A DNA stretch of 64,000 nt from an uncultured virus (IMG/VR IMGVR_UViG_3300020044_003647) (IMGVR_UViG_3300020044_003647); one strand, 5' to 3'; positions 36,063 to 47,182 are shown, counted from the stretch's first letter. The notes: generated by a model from the letters alone, not told the origin. Made by a program: numbers and translations.

Positions 36063-37914
36063 TTACATATTAAGATCAAAATTTTTGCGAATAATTGTAT
36101 CGATTTTTTTACTTATATCGTTAAAATAAGTCGTTTTGAGAATAGTGTCGGTTGTTGCTAACTCGTTATTCATTTCCTCAAACAAAGCGATTAAGTCTAA
36201 CCTAGCCTTTTTCATCTTTGGAGTTGTAGCTTGTAACTCGTCTAAATTCTCTAACATCAAATGTGATAGGCAAACTAGCTTATGCATTAATTGGTCTTTA
36301 CGTTTGCTCATAATTCATTTTACTAAAAGTCAATAGAAATTTATCTTTTCCCTCTGTGATGTAAATCTCTTGCAGGTACTCTTGATTTGTAAAGGAAACG
36401 TAACCGCTATGATTGATTCCTAACCGCACTAATTTAGCATCTAATAAATGTCTAGGTATTCCAGACTTTTCGGAGAACGCTCTAGTTGTACTGTGTGTTT
36501 CTGTTTGTGATATTATTAGCATAACTCGTCAAAATTATCTTCTTTACCATCTTTCCAATCACACTCCCACGTTTGCACTATCGCACTTACATTAGTAAAA
36601 GTAAAGTAAAAGAAAATGCAGTAAAAAAGGATGTAAAACGCAACCACTCCAGCAAGGAATGGGTGCGTGTCTATAAAGTTGAATAAATCTTTCATTAGAA
36701 TAAATTGTTAAGTTGCTCAATAGGGTTTTGAAATATCTCATCAAAGACTTTAGTTGCTTGGTCCAGTTGCGGAAATTCTAATACTTCCGCATCGTTTACT
36801 TCCCAATCGTTAAGTAAAGACTGCATTAAGTCTTTAGCTTGTTTTAGTTCGTTCTCTAGATAAGCATTTCTAGTTCTTAATGCTTCTATTTGCTCCGCTT
36901 GAAATTTGATTAAATCTTCCATTGTTTTATAGTTTAATTTTAAATTTTTCTTCAATCCATTGCTCGAATGTTTTGCTAACATAACTGCTACTAAAGCATT
37001 TTCTCATTTCTTCTTGTGCATCTTTATAGCATTCTTTTAGTTGCTCTACATTGTAAATGTTTTGCAGTGCTTCTTGATAGCCTTTAATAAATCCATCTCT
37101 TTGTAAGGTTTGATCCGTTTCTGGAAAAGTTTTTTCTGATAATTGTTTTAAGTCCATTATTTAATTTCTTTTAGTTTGTTAAAAATATAAGTATTATCGC
37201 CACACACCGCTTGGCAAAGTTCAACTATTTTCTTGTTAACCGCTTCTCGGTATTTGATGCGGTTTGTTAAATCTCTGATTTTGCTTTCTAAATCGCAAAT
37301 CTCGTTTTCCATTTGCTCCTCAATAGTCAACTCAATTTCTGTTTCCTCTTGGTTCGCTGGGTGGCTACTGTTGCCAACTCCTAATACTTGGTCATCGTAA
37401 TTCATAATGTTAATTTTTAAATGTTTCTAAATAATATTCTAGTCCTATTCTGTTTTGATCTTCACAAACTACATCAAAGGCATCTATAATTTGTTGCTTT
37501 TCTAGTTCTAAAAATTTATAATAATCGTTTATAAACTTTCTGCCATCTAATGAATGTAAATTGAATAAATTAGGATGCTCAATTTCTAACTGGCTAAATA
37601 ATTCTTGCATTGCTGTTTTCATAATTATATAATTTCGTCAATGTAAATAGTTCGTGATGGAAGCGCATCAATTTTAGCACGCTCCTCAATAGTTTCTAGG
37701 TAGTAATCATCTTGGCAATCATAGCCTTTTGATTCAAGTTCATTTTTAGCATCAAGAAATGATTTAGCTTTTACGGTTTTAATAATGCCACCGGTGTGAT
37801 AAGAAGTAAGGTTAAATGTTTTCATTAGTATCTAAATATTATTTGAGTTAGAAACCATACTGCTGCGCCAAACGCAATTAAATACTGCCAATCGTTTTTT
37901 TGAAATGTTTTCAT
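36063..37914 (-). CDS. Cluster of small early genes (36063-36311, 36298-36522, 36695-36922, 36927-37157, 37157-37405, 37410-37622, 37625-37825, 37825-37914)
   Basis: Coupled ORFs; several are homologous to 3089-4190, others are unique to B. Confidence 0.7.
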
Positions 37915-37941
37915 AATAAATGTTTTTAAAGTTTGATAGGG

Positions 37942-38004
37942 CAAATATAGAATCTAAATTGTAATAAAAAAATTTTTTTATATAAAAGTTTATTTGTAGG
38001 TTTG
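37942..38004. promoter_or_regulatory. Divergent promoters with A/T palindrome
   Basis: TATATTTG (minus), TAGGTTTG (plus) and palindrome at 37964-37981. Confidence 0.7.
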
Positions 38005-38061
38005 CCGTAAGTAATAGAAAATGCTTATAAATACCAACATTAAGCACTAAAAATACAATTA

Positions 38062-38274
38062 ATGATAAAAATAACTCACATCAAAACAATCCAAAACCCT
38101 AACTTTATAATAGTTCGGCAGTATGACAATTCTATTGTAACTTTGCCTAGTGAGTTTAGAGTAATGGAGGAAAATGCGATAGGTTGCTGGCGTGTGCGGA
38201 TCATCGATAAAATACCAAAGGAATATAAACAACTAAATAATACAGTATGGCAGGAAGACCAAAAAAAGGAATAG
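38062..38274 (+). CDS. Hypothetical protein
   Basis: Homologue of 5130..5339. Confidence 0.7.
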   Translation: MIKITHIKTIQNPNFIIVRQYDNSIVTLPSEFRVMEENAIGCWRVRIIDKIPKEYKQLNNTVWQEDQKKE

Positions 38275-38396
38275 AGAAAAGAGAACCGTATAACGGTAAA
38301 TTAGAAAAGTATAAGATTGAAGTTATCGGAGGTACAAAAGAATGCAACCGATTGGCTTATGATTATTTAACTACAAAATACAATGAAAGAAAATAA
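38247..38396 (+). CDS. 49-aa MAGRPKK protein
   Basis: Homologue of 5312..5461. Confidence 0.65.
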   Translation: MAGRPKKGIEKREPYNGKLEKYKIEVIGGTKECNRLAYDYLTTKYNERK

Positions 38397-38466
38397 CGAG
38401 GGATTGGTGCTTTTAATAGTTATGCTTTTATTTGCTATAACTTATGGCGTTTTAATTTGTTGGTAA
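38383..38466 (+). CDS. 27-aa TM peptide
   Basis: Homologue of 5448..5531. Confidence 0.55.
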   Translation: MKENNEGLVLLIVMLLFAITYGVLICW

Positions 38467-38489
38467 TTAAAAAACTATTACATTTGTCA

Positions 38490-38548
38490 CTCATAATGTT
38501 TGATGTTTGATAGATTAGAAAAGCCACTATTTATTTAGCGGCTTTTTT
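38490..38548 (+). ncRNA. Candidate small RNA ending in a bidirectional terminator
   Basis: TACATTTG at 38479-38486; TCATAATGTTTGATGTTTGATA; hairpin AAAAGCCACTA / TAGCGGCTTTTTT. Confidence 0.55.
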
Positions 38549-38649
38549 ATTTCATCTTCTATCGGTGGAATACCTTTCCATTTGTTTAACGGCTTCTGAA
38601 CTCGAATCCAATCTTTACCTTTTTTAATCCATTCGTACTCCGGTGTCAA
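38527..38649 (-). CDS. 40-aa peptide (TTG start)
   Basis: Homologue of 5593..5715. Confidence 0.6.
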   Translation of the reverse strand: MTPEYEWIKKGKDWIRVQKPLNKWKGIPPIEDEIKKPLNK

Positions 38650-39143
38650 ATCATCGGAAATTTAAGATAGCCTTTAAATCTTCGGTAAGCTAGATAAATA
38701 GCCAGTAGGATCAAGAGCCACAACCACCAAAGTTGAATTATAAAAGTACTCCAGTTGAATTGTTCCTTATAAACAATCTTTGTGCTTTCAACTTTGTTTA
38801 CTTCAATCTCGTTACTAACTGAATCAACAACGATTTTAGACACGCTTTTCTCATTTACTACTATTGTATTGTCTTTTCTTTTTTTCTTGCTTAAACGAGC
38901 GTTTTTGTACTTTGTTACTTTACCCTCATTGTTTGTGATTTCGATTGGCTGAGTTGTGTCAACTGCTTCAATTACGATTTCATCTGTTTCAACATCATAA
39001 ACCAATACCTTTTTATCAATAGAAGTGCTATCGGTTTTCACTACTGCAATAGTTGTAGCAATACTATCGGTTTTTTTGTCGTCTTTATTAATTGTTTTTG
39101 CTCCGCAGGAAACAATAAGAAATGCAAGTAGTAAATATTTCAT
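38646..39143 (-). CDS. Lipoprotein; candidate unimolecular spanin
   Basis: Lipobox LIVSC and C-terminal TM helix. Confidence 0.6.
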   Translation of the reverse strand: MKYLLLAFLIVSCGAKTINKDDKKTDSIATTIAVVKTDSTSIDKKVLVYDVETDEIVIEAVDTTQPIEITNNEGKVTKYKNARLSKKKRKDNTIVVNEKSVSKIVVDSVSNEIEVNKVESTKIVYKEQFNWSTFIIQLWWLWLLILLAIYLAYRRFKGYLKFPMI

Positions 39144-39144
39144 T

Positions 39145-40164
39145 TTAAACGATTTTATAGTTAATGATGCGAATGTTTTTTAATTCGTAATTGCCATCGC
39201 TTCCAACTTTAACGTGAGCAAATCCGTGATTATAATTATTGTAAGGCGCATACTCTGGTTCAAGTCCGCAAAGGCATCCAGTCGACCACGTTGTAACTAC
39301 TTCCCCGCTTAAAGTCTTTTCTGTGTGTTCGCTAGTGCGATGATGGTGTCCGACTAATGCGCTTTCTTTTGCTTTTAAAAACAACCCCCTAGCTGGATTA
39401 ACTGGAGGCGCAAAACCGCCATACCATTCGTGTCCGTGTAAGATAGGTAATTTCCCCGCCATTGCTATTTGCTTATCTTTTACCAAAGTTACTCCAAACT
39501 CTCTAAAGCGTAATATCTGTTCTAGTTTAAAATCGTCAATCCCTAAAAGTTCGGGTGCTTTTAATTGTAAATAATGCTCCCATCTCGCTTCGTGGTTGCC
39601 AATCTTAAAATAAATCGGGCATTTAAACATATCTTGCACCAATTTTAAAAACTCCCTAGTCATTTCCAACTCTCCAGCTAGATCCCGCAATCGCCTATCT
39701 TTTGTAAACCTACTCGCCTGGTACATATCGATCGTGTCGCCATTCAAATAAACAGCGTTTACTTTGTTTTCAAGTCCGTAATTCAAAGCTAGTGTAAGTG
39801 CGTGATTATCTTGATAAGGTAAATGTATATCGCTTAAAACTAAAATATTGTTTTGTCCTTTTGGAATGATGAAAGGCTCTAATTTTGAGTAATCGCTTTC
39901 AGGAAGTTCGGAAATTTGTCGCATTGCCAATTTCTTTTCCTCAGATGTTCTAAGTCCCTCTAGGGTGATGAATTGACTTTTACTTTCGTGTCTGTACTGT
40001 CTAACCATTCCCCTAACTCCCTCTAGTGTTTTAAAATCTAAAGGGTTTTCAAAAAATATCATTCGTGAGATAGCCATCGTTGTCGCTTTTGGAAATCTTT
40101 TCAAATAAGATAATATAATATATTTTTTGTAGGTTGCTGCGTTTTGGTTTCCTTTTACGCTCAT
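39145..40164 (-). CDS. Calcineurin-like metallophosphoesterase (different subfamily from copy A)
   Basis: SDIH, NGDTID, GNHE, HGHE and GHHH motifs. Start revised to ATG 40164. Confidence 0.8.
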   Translation of the reverse strand: MSVKGNQNAATYKKYIILSYLKRFPKATTMAISRMIFFENPLDFKTLEGVRGMVRQYRHESKSQFITLEGLRTSEEKKLAMRQISELPESDYSKLEPFIIPKGQNNILVLSDIHLPYQDNHALTLALNYGLENKVNAVYLNGDTIDMYQASRFTKDRRLRDLAGELEMTREFLKLVQDMFKCPIYFKIGNHEARWEHYLQLKAPELLGIDDFKLEQILRFREFGVTLVKDKQIAMAGKLPILHGHEWYGGFAPPVNPARGLFLKAKESALVGHHHRTSEHTEKTLSGEVVTTWSTGCLCGLEPEYAPYNNYNHGFAHVKVGSDGNYELKNIRIINYKIV

Positions 40165-40202
40165 AATTTTGTTGTTTAGTTTCAACAAATATAACCTTTT
40201 AT

Positions 40203-40649
40203 CTATGCGAAATACAATTTAGCTTCAATAGCACGTCTTTTAGTAAGTCCGTTTAATACTTTGCCCCCCGCTTTATTCCAAATCATAAAGGAGTTTGTAA
40301 TTGTCGGATCGCTAGGATTAGCATTTACTTTTTTCAATAATGAACTTTTAGCAAGTCCAGCAAGTCCGATATTATAAGCTAAAGACACAATAGCGTTGAA
40401 CTGGTTTTGATTGATATTTGCTTTAATCATTTTATCTACATCAACTGCAAACCTATCCGCTATTGTTCTAAACATCCACGAGGCAGTCGCTAAACTAATT
40501 GGCTTGTCTTGCATCGTAACTTTTATTCCGCTAGGGTAAAAAATATTCCCCCACCCTATGGTCGCTACTTTGGCACTACACAAATATGGAACTAAAGACA
40601 ATCCCTCGAAGCCTTGTATCAATTTATATCCGCTGTCATCGAGTTTCAT
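40203..40649 (-). CDS. Endolysin, GH24 lysozyme
   Basis: Close homologue of 7523..7972. Confidence 0.9.
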   Translation of the reverse strand: MKLDDSGYKLIQGFEGLSLVPYLCSAKVATIGWGNIFYPSGIKVTMQDKPISLATASWMFRTIADRFAVDVDKMIKANINQNQFNAIVSLAYNIGLAGLAKSSLLKKVNANPSDPTITNSFMIWNKAGGKVLNGLTKRRAIEAKLYFA

Positions 40650-41059
40650 TTGGCTAGTTTTTTTTGTGCATCAAAATCTTTTTTCAATTTATCATACAAG
40701 CCTTTTAACTGCTCATAGTCCTTTTCCAACGCTGTATATTTTGAAGATAAATCCCGATGCTTTTCGGTGTCTTTATGATAAGATATTTGCATTTCGTTGA
40801 ATTGCTTTTGCATCGTCTTATAATTGTCCTTTACTTCTGTAAGTTCAGTCATAACCTCGCTCATTCGTAATTTATAGTCATCTAGGAATTTATTGTAAAC
40901 TTCTTGCATCGCTGACACCGCATCGGCATTACCTTTCTTTATATCAGTTTCGCCTTTTTTTATTTCCTGCGCTTTGGCTTGTTTGCCACCAAATACCCAA
41001 GCTATCGGAGTGCTTATTGCTCCTACTATTAACATCCAATTATTTACAATCCATTCCAT
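40646..41059 (-). CDS. Putative holin-like protein
   Basis: Homologue of 7969..8361. Confidence 0.5.
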   Translation of the reverse strand: MEWIVNNWMLIVGAISTPIAWVFGGKQAKAQEIKKGETDIKKGNADAVSAMQEVYNKFLDDYKLRMSEVMTELTEVKDNYKTMQKQFNEMQISYHKDTEKHRDLSSKYTALEKDYEQLKGLYDKLKKDFDAQKKLAK

Positions 41060-41060
41060 A

Positions 41061-41402
41061 TTACAAAAAATAAAAAAAAGTTATTACTATTCCGCAAAGT
41101 AAGAAAAATAAACCGACAATAAAGTCCTTATTGCTCTCAAACATTTCTAGTTCTCCAATTATGCGCCCTTTCTTTTGCCACGCTTCAAACAACCATAAGC
41201 AAATGCCCCCTAAAAATGTAGGTACAAATATCTTAAACGCTATTTCTGTTGATACATAAGTGTCGCTTATTGTGTCTTTTAGTAGCCAAAACATAAAGCA
41301 CCCCGCAATTAAAGCTATTGGTGCGTGTAAATGCCAACGATTAACTAATATTCTATTCCAACTTTTAACATCGCTTAGGATTGATTTAATTAAGTCTTGC
41401 AT
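41061..41402 (-). CDS. Three-TM membrane protein, copy B only
   Basis: Three hydrophobic segments; lies in the lysis module. Confidence 0.6.
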   Translation of the reverse strand: MQDLIKSILSDVKSWNRILVNRWHLHAPIALIAGCFMFWLLKDTISDTYVSTEIAFKIFVPTFLGGICLWLFEAWQKKGRIIGELEMFESNKDFIVGLFFLLCGIVITFFYFL

Positions 41403-41403
41403 A

Positions 41404-41661
41404 TTAGGTGTTTAAAATTGTTTCTAGTAAATCTGTTTTCTCTGTTTCGCTCAATGTTTCAACTTGCTTTGTAAGTAAATCAATAACGATATCTTTAACA
41501 TTTGCGCTCTCATTTACTGCTATTTCATAGTCAGTATCGATTAACTCTCCATCGTTCTGCAAATACGCTAAATATGCGTTATATTGCGTTGTTCCCTCTT
41601 GCATTATTACAAGGTTGTTATCAGCATCAAAGATTTGGTATTTTGAATTTTTATAGTACAT
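41404..41661 (-). CDS. Small fibre-associated protein
   Basis: Homologue of 8363..8620. Confidence 0.5.
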   Translation of the reverse strand: MYYKNSKYQIFDADNNLVIMQEGTTQYNAYLAYLQNDGELIDTDYEIAVNESANVKDIVIDLLTKQVETLSETEKTDLLETILNT

Positions 41662-41663
41662 AA

Positions 41664-44126
41664 TTATTGATTTTTTACGTTCCCTATTGCGCCACCATCT
41701 AAATAACTTGCAACAGCAGCAGTAGCGTTATTTGAAATCCAAGTTAATAATTGAATAGTCCCAGTTGCATAATTAGGAATATTTGTAGTTAATGTATTTG
41801 TAGTTGATATACTTGCACCCGTTGCAATAGTTACCCTTTCAACCGTTACAATATAACTTGTCGTTGTTTGCTCAATTGTAATATAGTAATTGTATTGTGA
41901 ATCGGTACAAGGATATGAACTTCCTAAATCTATTGTTGTGGCTGTTCCACTTGCGTCATTGTGAACAACGTGCATATTAGTTGAACTAGATAATTGACAA
42001 ACTCCAACAATATCAGTTAGTGTTGATGGCTCTACGTTAGTTGGTGGGCTAAATTGATTTCCTTTGCTTATTCCGCAAAAGAAACGCTGTCCTGACACGT
42101 TAGAATTAAATTGAATTTTTCTAGTAAATACAACCTCTAAACCTGTTAATATCATAGCATCATTTTTTCTCATAAATGCTATTGTTCCTGCTGATGCAGT
42201 TGAAGAAAAAGGAATTAACCCTCTTAATAATGTTCCACTATTACTTAAAGTAAATGTATTTCCACCTAACCTTTCAGAATAACCAAAACCAGCAGCTACT
42301 CCTGTTGAAATACTATTAGGAACAAACCAAAAATAGTTATCTCGCATTATAGCTTTTTGAATCGAATCAAAAATTAATGTAGATGTATTTTGTTTATTGT
42401 TAAATGTAGTCCAATCTGTTGAACTTAAAGCACCCCTATTACTTGCGCTTGCTGTTGGTAAATTAAATGTGTGAGTTGATGTAGTAGAGTTAATAGCAAA
42501 ATCAGTTCCTGTTGTTCCTACTGCTAAATTCTGTACTTGCGCTGTAAGTCCATTTAATGCAGTAAGTCCAGTTGAAAAGGTTGTTATTACTTGACAAAGA
42601 TGATTGTCCTCTGTATGAAGTGTAATAGTCCTACCACTATGTGTAACATAAATCCTTACTGCTAGTCTATCAGTTACTAATAAAGTAGTTTGTGGAACTG
42701 CTAAAGCACTAAAATAAGCCTCTATATTTGTGCCGTCTGTAATTAATATTGGCGATGATGAGTTTGATGCTATTAAAGATAAAGTAGTTCCATTCCATTT
42801 GTATAACTCAACATAAAATGATGGCGAACCTCCACCACTTGAAGCACTAAAATAAGTTTCAAAATTCCAATTTCCTGCTGGTATCTCTAATTGATTTGGT
42901 ACTCCAGCATCAGTTATAAAAGATTGAATATAACCATTTGCATTTATTGTAAAATCAGTACCTGCACCTAGAATTGGCGTTCTATCCATTTCTCTAAATG
43001 CAACGCCTCCGATTGTGCCTTGCGAAACTGAACCATTAAGATAAAAAGATAATGAAGAACCGCCACCGCTTGAAGTTGGAAAATTAGCCAAAGTACCATC
43101 GCCACGAACGTATTGCGATACCGCTCCTGCGCCTGTAACTGCTATATCTCCACTTGATGTAATAGGACTATTTGTTACCGTAAAAGCACTCGGCATAGTT
43201 AATCCGACTGAAGTTACTGTGCCACCGCCACTTGGAATATCGTCTAAAGTTGCAAGTGTATAATCTCCGCTAGGTTTAAAAGGAATGAAATAGTTTGATG
43301 CTATATTTTCAATTGGTAAATCAGTGTAATATTCAGATGCTAGTTTAATTTCTAACGCTGCGCTACTTGTACCGTCTTGTGTTGCTAAACCGAACCCAGT
43401 TATTTGGTCGCCCCAAGAAGCTGCCAAACTTACGCTACATTGGTCTATACCCGTACCATCTCCATTTACAAAATTAGCTCCTTGTGTACCTATTGATGAA
43501 TTATTACCAAGACTATCTAATATTTGTACTTGACCAATTTGTATTGATGTTTCATTCCCTGCACCATCTGAAACATAAATTGTATTATCAGTTGTTGCGC
43601 CTGCATCTGTTACTTGTTGAAGTGTTGGAATACCAGCAACGCTATAAATTTCCCACACCGCTGCGCCAGTACTTGCATCGGTACATTTGTAAGTAGTTCC
43701 GTTATCTAAAGTCCAAAGCGAATCTATTTTAAAACGTAGCGTATTATCAAAGCTAGAATCAGGAATTACATCAAAGCAATTAGTTGAATGTCTTATAAAT
43801 CCGCTTTGGTCAAATACGTGTCTAAATCCACTTTGCCACATATCCTCGTATTGATTTGAGCATATTCTTGAAATACCACCATCACCACCAAAATCGTATG
43901 TTCCCTTTTTTAGCAAAGAAGTATTTTCTAGTTCTATCGCATCGGCATCGTTTACAAGTATGTTTTCGCCACCAGTTGTATTGCCTAAATCTAAAGTTTG
44001 TGCTAGTGTTTGATTGCCACCGCCCCCTCCGCCAGTAGTTATATTTACAATATATTCGTTAGGCTCTGCAACAATCGTAACATCATACGTTGTTGTCGTT
44101 ACTGCTATATCTATTTCTGTTGCCAT
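41664..44126 (-). CDS. Tail fibre / receptor-binding protein
   Basis: Shares N- and C-terminal blocks with 8623..11091. Confidence 0.7.
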   Translation of the reverse strand: MATEIDIAVTTTTYDVTIVAEPNEYIVNITTGGGGGGNQTLAQTLDLGNTTGGENILVNDADAIELENTSLLKKGTYDFGGDGGISRICSNQYEDMWQSGFRHVFDQSGFIRHSTNCFDVIPDSSFDNTLRFKIDSLWTLDNGTTYKCTDASTGAAVWEIYSVAGIPTLQQVTDAGATTDNTIYVSDGAGNETSIQIGQVQILDSLGNNSSIGTQGANFVNGDGTGIDQCSVSLAASWGDQITGFGLATQDGTSSAALEIKLASEYYTDLPIENIASNYFIPFKPSGDYTLATLDDIPSGGGTVTSVGLTMPSAFTVTNSPITSSGDIAVTGAGAVSQYVRGDGTLANFPTSSGGGSSLSFYLNGSVSQGTIGGVAFREMDRTPILGAGTDFTINANGYIQSFITDAGVPNQLEIPAGNWNFETYFSASSGGGSPSFYVELYKWNGTTLSLIASNSSSPILITDGTNIEAYFSALAVPQTTLLVTDRLAVRIYVTHSGRTITLHTEDNHLCQVITTFSTGLTALNGLTAQVQNLAVGTTGTDFAINSTTSTHTFNLPTASASNRGALSSTDWTTFNNKQNTSTLIFDSIQKAIMRDNYFWFVPNSISTGVAAGFGYSERLGGNTFTLSNSGTLLRGLIPFSSTASAGTIAFMRKNDAMILTGLEVVFTRKIQFNSNVSGQRFFCGISKGNQFSPPTNVEPSTLTDIVGVCQLSSSTNMHVVHNDASGTATTIDLGSSYPCTDSQYNYYITIEQTTTSYIVTVERVTIATGASISTTNTLTTNIPNYATGTIQLLTWISNNATAAVASYLDGGAIGNVKNQ

Positions 44127-44464
44127 TATCTAGTAATATCACATTCAATTAAAAACTCTCCTTTTATCCAAGTATAAACATCGTTATCCGCTTCTTTGAT
44201 TTGAATATCGTATTTGTAATTAGCAGCGTCAATATCAATGATCTGTTTATTGATTTTAAACTGTCCTTGTGCAGCGTTTGTAATTGTCAATCCTGCACTT
44301 GCAACGGTTGTTAAATCCAGCGCAATTATACCTCCGCATTCAGTACGTAACTGCATACGAATTACAAACCCCGTAAGATTCAAATCGACGTTATCAATTT
44401 TAATTCTAAAACCGACTTCTTCAAACGTGTCGCCTTTGTAATGTTGGAAGTTTAATCCTGCCAT
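44126..44464 (-). CDS. BppU-N-like adaptor
   Basis: Homologue of 11091..11411. Confidence 0.5.
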   Translation of the reverse strand: MAGLNFQHYKGDTFEEVGFRIKIDNVDLNLTGFVIRMQLRTECGGIIALDLTTVASAGLTITNAAQGQFKINKQIIDIDAANYKYDIQIKEADNDVYTWIKGEFLIECDITR

Positions 44465-44529
44465 CTTCTACTTTTTTTAAAAATATTTCTAGTTTCTTTA
44501 CGTTTTCTTTTTTCGGCTCATATTGCCTT

Positions 44530-45030
44530 TTACAAATACCATCCGCCATAGTCTGCATTTTTATCAGGGTAAACATCGTTATTTGAATTACTTAAATACT
44601 CAGGAAAATCGCTGCTATTAAAACACATAAAATCAATAAACCTACGTGTATAATGTTGCGCTGTATCACGTGCTTTTTCAATTAAGAAATCAACTTCGCT
44701 TTTATCTACATTTTGACTGTTTTCAGCACCGTGTTTGTACAATCCTTTATTTCCTATAATATAAGATGCATAAGGCAAATATTCAACCATAGTCCATTGT
44801 ATAACCATTGGTTTAATATAGTCGTTTACAAGCGACAAATAAGGCTCTTGCAAATCACTATCTAATATATCATCACTAATTTTATTAAATAGTTTAGTGC
44901 CTAAATAATTTTGAATGTAAATATCTTGCGCTATTTTAACGAACTGAATAAATTTATCTACATCAACGTTTCCGTTTAATGCAGTGAATCTTTTTACATC
45001 GTCTGTACTTACAAAAATTGCTATTGCCAT
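44530..45030 (-). CDS. Putative head-tail adaptor
   Basis: Homologue of 11474..11992. Confidence 0.5.
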   Translation of the reverse strand: MAIAIFVSTDDVKRFTALNGNVDVDKFIQFVKIAQDIYIQNYLGTKLFNKISDDILDSDLQEPYLSLVNDYIKPMVIQWTMVEYLPYASYIIGNKGLYKHGAENSQNVDKSEVDFLIEKARDTAQHYTRRFIDFMCFNSSDFPEYLSNSNNDVYPDKNADYGGWYL

Positions 45031-45037
45031 AGTTTAA

Positions 45038-46762
45038 TTAGTTTGGGTAAAATCCCTCGTTAGGCATATCTTTAGGCATCATTGCCACTTCTTTTGGATT
45101 TCTAACTCTATATCCTGCTTGTTCTGCTTTTGCTACTGAAATAGTTGTAGCGTTTGGATTTGTAACATCTACTTTTACTCCGCTTACATAAGTTTGACGC
45201 ACCCATTTATGATGACATCTTGCTCCACCTTTGAACAAAAACAAATTGTAAGATTGTCCGTTGTGTCCAAATCCTGCGTTAACTGCATTTGAATCAGTAT
45301 TTACAATATCCTCTTTACGATAAATCTTATCGCTAGACATCATTTTTTTACAGAAATCTCTTTGCGGGTTTGTGCTGCCAGTATATTTATAACGAGTTAT
45401 AAAATTTAAACCCTCTATTTTTTTATCTTGTTCGCTTTTGCTGTTTGGTCTAGCTGTTATAGCTTTGGCAAACTTTTGAAATAAACTAGGATTTTGTTCT
45501 TTGTTTAGTCTTTCAATCTCGGCATCAAAATCATTTTCTAGTTCTAAATCAACATCACTTTCATCGATTAAAATCCAATCAGCACCAACGCTTTCTCCTT
45601 TATTAATTAAAGCGTCTGCAAATTCAAAAGGCGTTTCTACTTCGCTGGATAATGCGGTTGGCGCAGGTGTTGCTTTTGTAAGTTCACCATCTACGCTTAA
45701 AGGTTGCAAAGAAGTAAAAATTAAATTCAAACTTGTTTCTGCTTCAATCTGAATAATATCAAGCGTGTCAAGTATCATTTGTTGAAATGGTTTGATAGTC
45801 ATATTTTCGTAAAGGATATGACTATTTTTTAATTCATCGGCATTACTAGAAAATCCAGTACTTGTAGCAATTCCAAATAATAAAGGCGATGTTACATTAT
45901 GCCCCAACATAATCTTATGCATCGCCTCCTCACTTACATATTTATAATGTTCCGGAGCATCGTTTAAAGGTATGCTATCAACGGTGGTTTTTTTAGTTTC
46001 ATCTGAATTAAATCCTATTACTACCTTTTTCCCATTTGCTCCCGTTAATGTTCTCTCAGTTTGAGCAACCATTAACTCCATTTTTTCAGGATCAGGCACA
46101 CCATTATTAAAATTAACTACCGTTGTAGGACTAAAAGAATTTTGCACCTCGTTAATAAGGTAATCTGCCACCTCTTTTTCTAGCACACAATAAGGCAAAG
46201 AACCGTAATAATCTACGTTTGAGTAATATTTTTGTCCTACGGTGTAATTTCCACCCTTTAAAATCTGTATTTGACCGCCAAAACCAAAGGCAGGAATTGG
46301 TTGTGGTGGGAATTTTTTAGTATCTGCCCAATTATCTGAATAAAACCACGTGTCTATTTCGCCTTTTTCATTGCATTTACCCGCTCTTAATAACTGAAAA
46401 GGCACGTGTTCAACTTGCACAAGTCTTTTCTGACCGTCGTAAATCATCTGAAAAGCATAATTACCTAACATTTTAGCGTCTGTAATTACATTTTTTATAG
46501 TTTCTTTGCTTACTAACGATAAAAATCTAGCGTATTCGTTAGGTCTTAATCTGCCATCGGTTGCACTCAATCCTTTTCCGTACGCCAATTTAACAAAATT
46601 GTTTATAATTGCGCTATTTGTAGTGCTTGAATTATACAAATCAATCAAATAATTAAACTGATTGTTTGTATCTCCAAACTCAACCCAGTCCTTTGTTTTG
46701 CTTTCGGTTATCTTTGGACTTTTGTAGCTTTCTAATTGAATAAATCTTACGTTACTGCTCAT
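45038..46762 (-). CDS. Portal protein
   Basis: LIDLYNSSTTNSAII, GHNVTSPLLFG and FKGGARCHHKW motifs. Confidence 0.75.
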   Translation of the reverse strand: MSSNVRFIQLESYKSPKITESKTKDWVEFGDTNNQFNYLIDLYNSSTTNSAIINNFVKLAYGKGLSATDGRLRPNEYARFLSLVSKETIKNVITDAKMLGNYAFQMIYDGQKRLVQVEHVPFQLLRAGKCNEKGEIDTWFYSDNWADTKKFPPQPIPAFGFGGQIQILKGGNYTVGQKYYSNVDYYGSLPYCVLEKEVADYLINEVQNSFSPTTVVNFNNGVPDPEKMELMVAQTERTLTGANGKKVVIGFNSDETKKTTVDSIPLNDAPEHYKYVSEEAMHKIMLGHNVTSPLLFGIATSTGFSSNADELKNSHILYENMTIKPFQQMILDTLDIIQIEAETSLNLIFTSLQPLSVDGELTKATPAPTALSSEVETPFEFADALINKGESVGADWILIDESDVDLELENDFDAEIERLNKEQNPSLFQKFAKAITARPNSKSEQDKKIEGLNFITRYKYTGSTNPQRDFCKKMMSSDKIYRKEDIVNTDSNAVNAGFGHNGQSYNLFLFKGGARCHHKWVRQTYVSGVKVDVTNPNATTISVAKAEQAGYRVRNPKEVAMMPKDMPNEGFYPN

Positions 46763-47093
46763 TGGTTACAAATTGGTTAGTCGTTACTCTTTGCGTGTAA
46801 ACGTCTTTATTAATTGTATAGTCTAATATTGTTTGATCGGTGCAAATTATCATATCGTGTAGCACTAAATCTCCTGCTGTGTTAAACGCTTCAAATGTAA
46901 GTTTATCATTTACAGTTAAAGTCATAGATGCGTTTAAAAGCACAAAGTAATATTTCTGTAAATACACCTGACTTTTAGTAAAATTGTAAGTTGTATTGTC
47001 TAAAACATTTTTAATAACAATAGTCGCTACATCATTTCCAATAGGAATGAATTTAAAAGTATGCAACGCATTGTCAGGGTTTGCTGTCATCAT
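46752..47093 (-). CDS. Hypothetical structural-module protein
   Basis: Positional homologue of 13747..14055. Confidence 0.65.
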   Translation of the reverse strand: MMTANPDNALHTFKFIPIGNDVATIVIKNVLDNTTYNFTKSQVYLQKYYFVLLNASMTLTVNDKLTFEAFNTAGDLVLHDMIICTDQTILDYTINKDVYTQRVTTNQFVTNEQ

Positions 47094-47098
47094 ATACC

Positions 47099-47126
47099 TA
47101 TTATCGTAAAAAAGTGTATTTTGTTT
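47099..47126 (-). promoter_or_regulatory. Copy B late-promoter motif AACAAAA-N11-ACGATAATA
   Basis: Repeated upstream of 50467 and 57713. Confidence 0.65.
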
Positions 47127-47132
47127 TAAATT

Positions 47133-47162
47133 AAAAAAAGCGATAGGGTTACTATCGCTTTT
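47133..47162 (-). terminator. Intrinsic terminator after the major tail gene
   Basis: AAAAGCGATAG-taacc-CTATCGCTTTTTTT on the minus strand. Confidence 0.8.
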
Positions 47163-47182
47163 AAGTTTGTTTAGTTTAAGTT

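Noticed and set aside
37832..38047. 71-aa minus-strand ORF
   Set aside because: It spans the divergent promoter region and is not conserved in copy A. The better gene is 37825..37914.
8623..44126. Paired fibre genes as a diversity-generating retroelement or invertible shufflon
   Set aside because: No reverse transcriptase or invertase is present. Differences are not adenine-specific, and the genes are same-strand orthologues.
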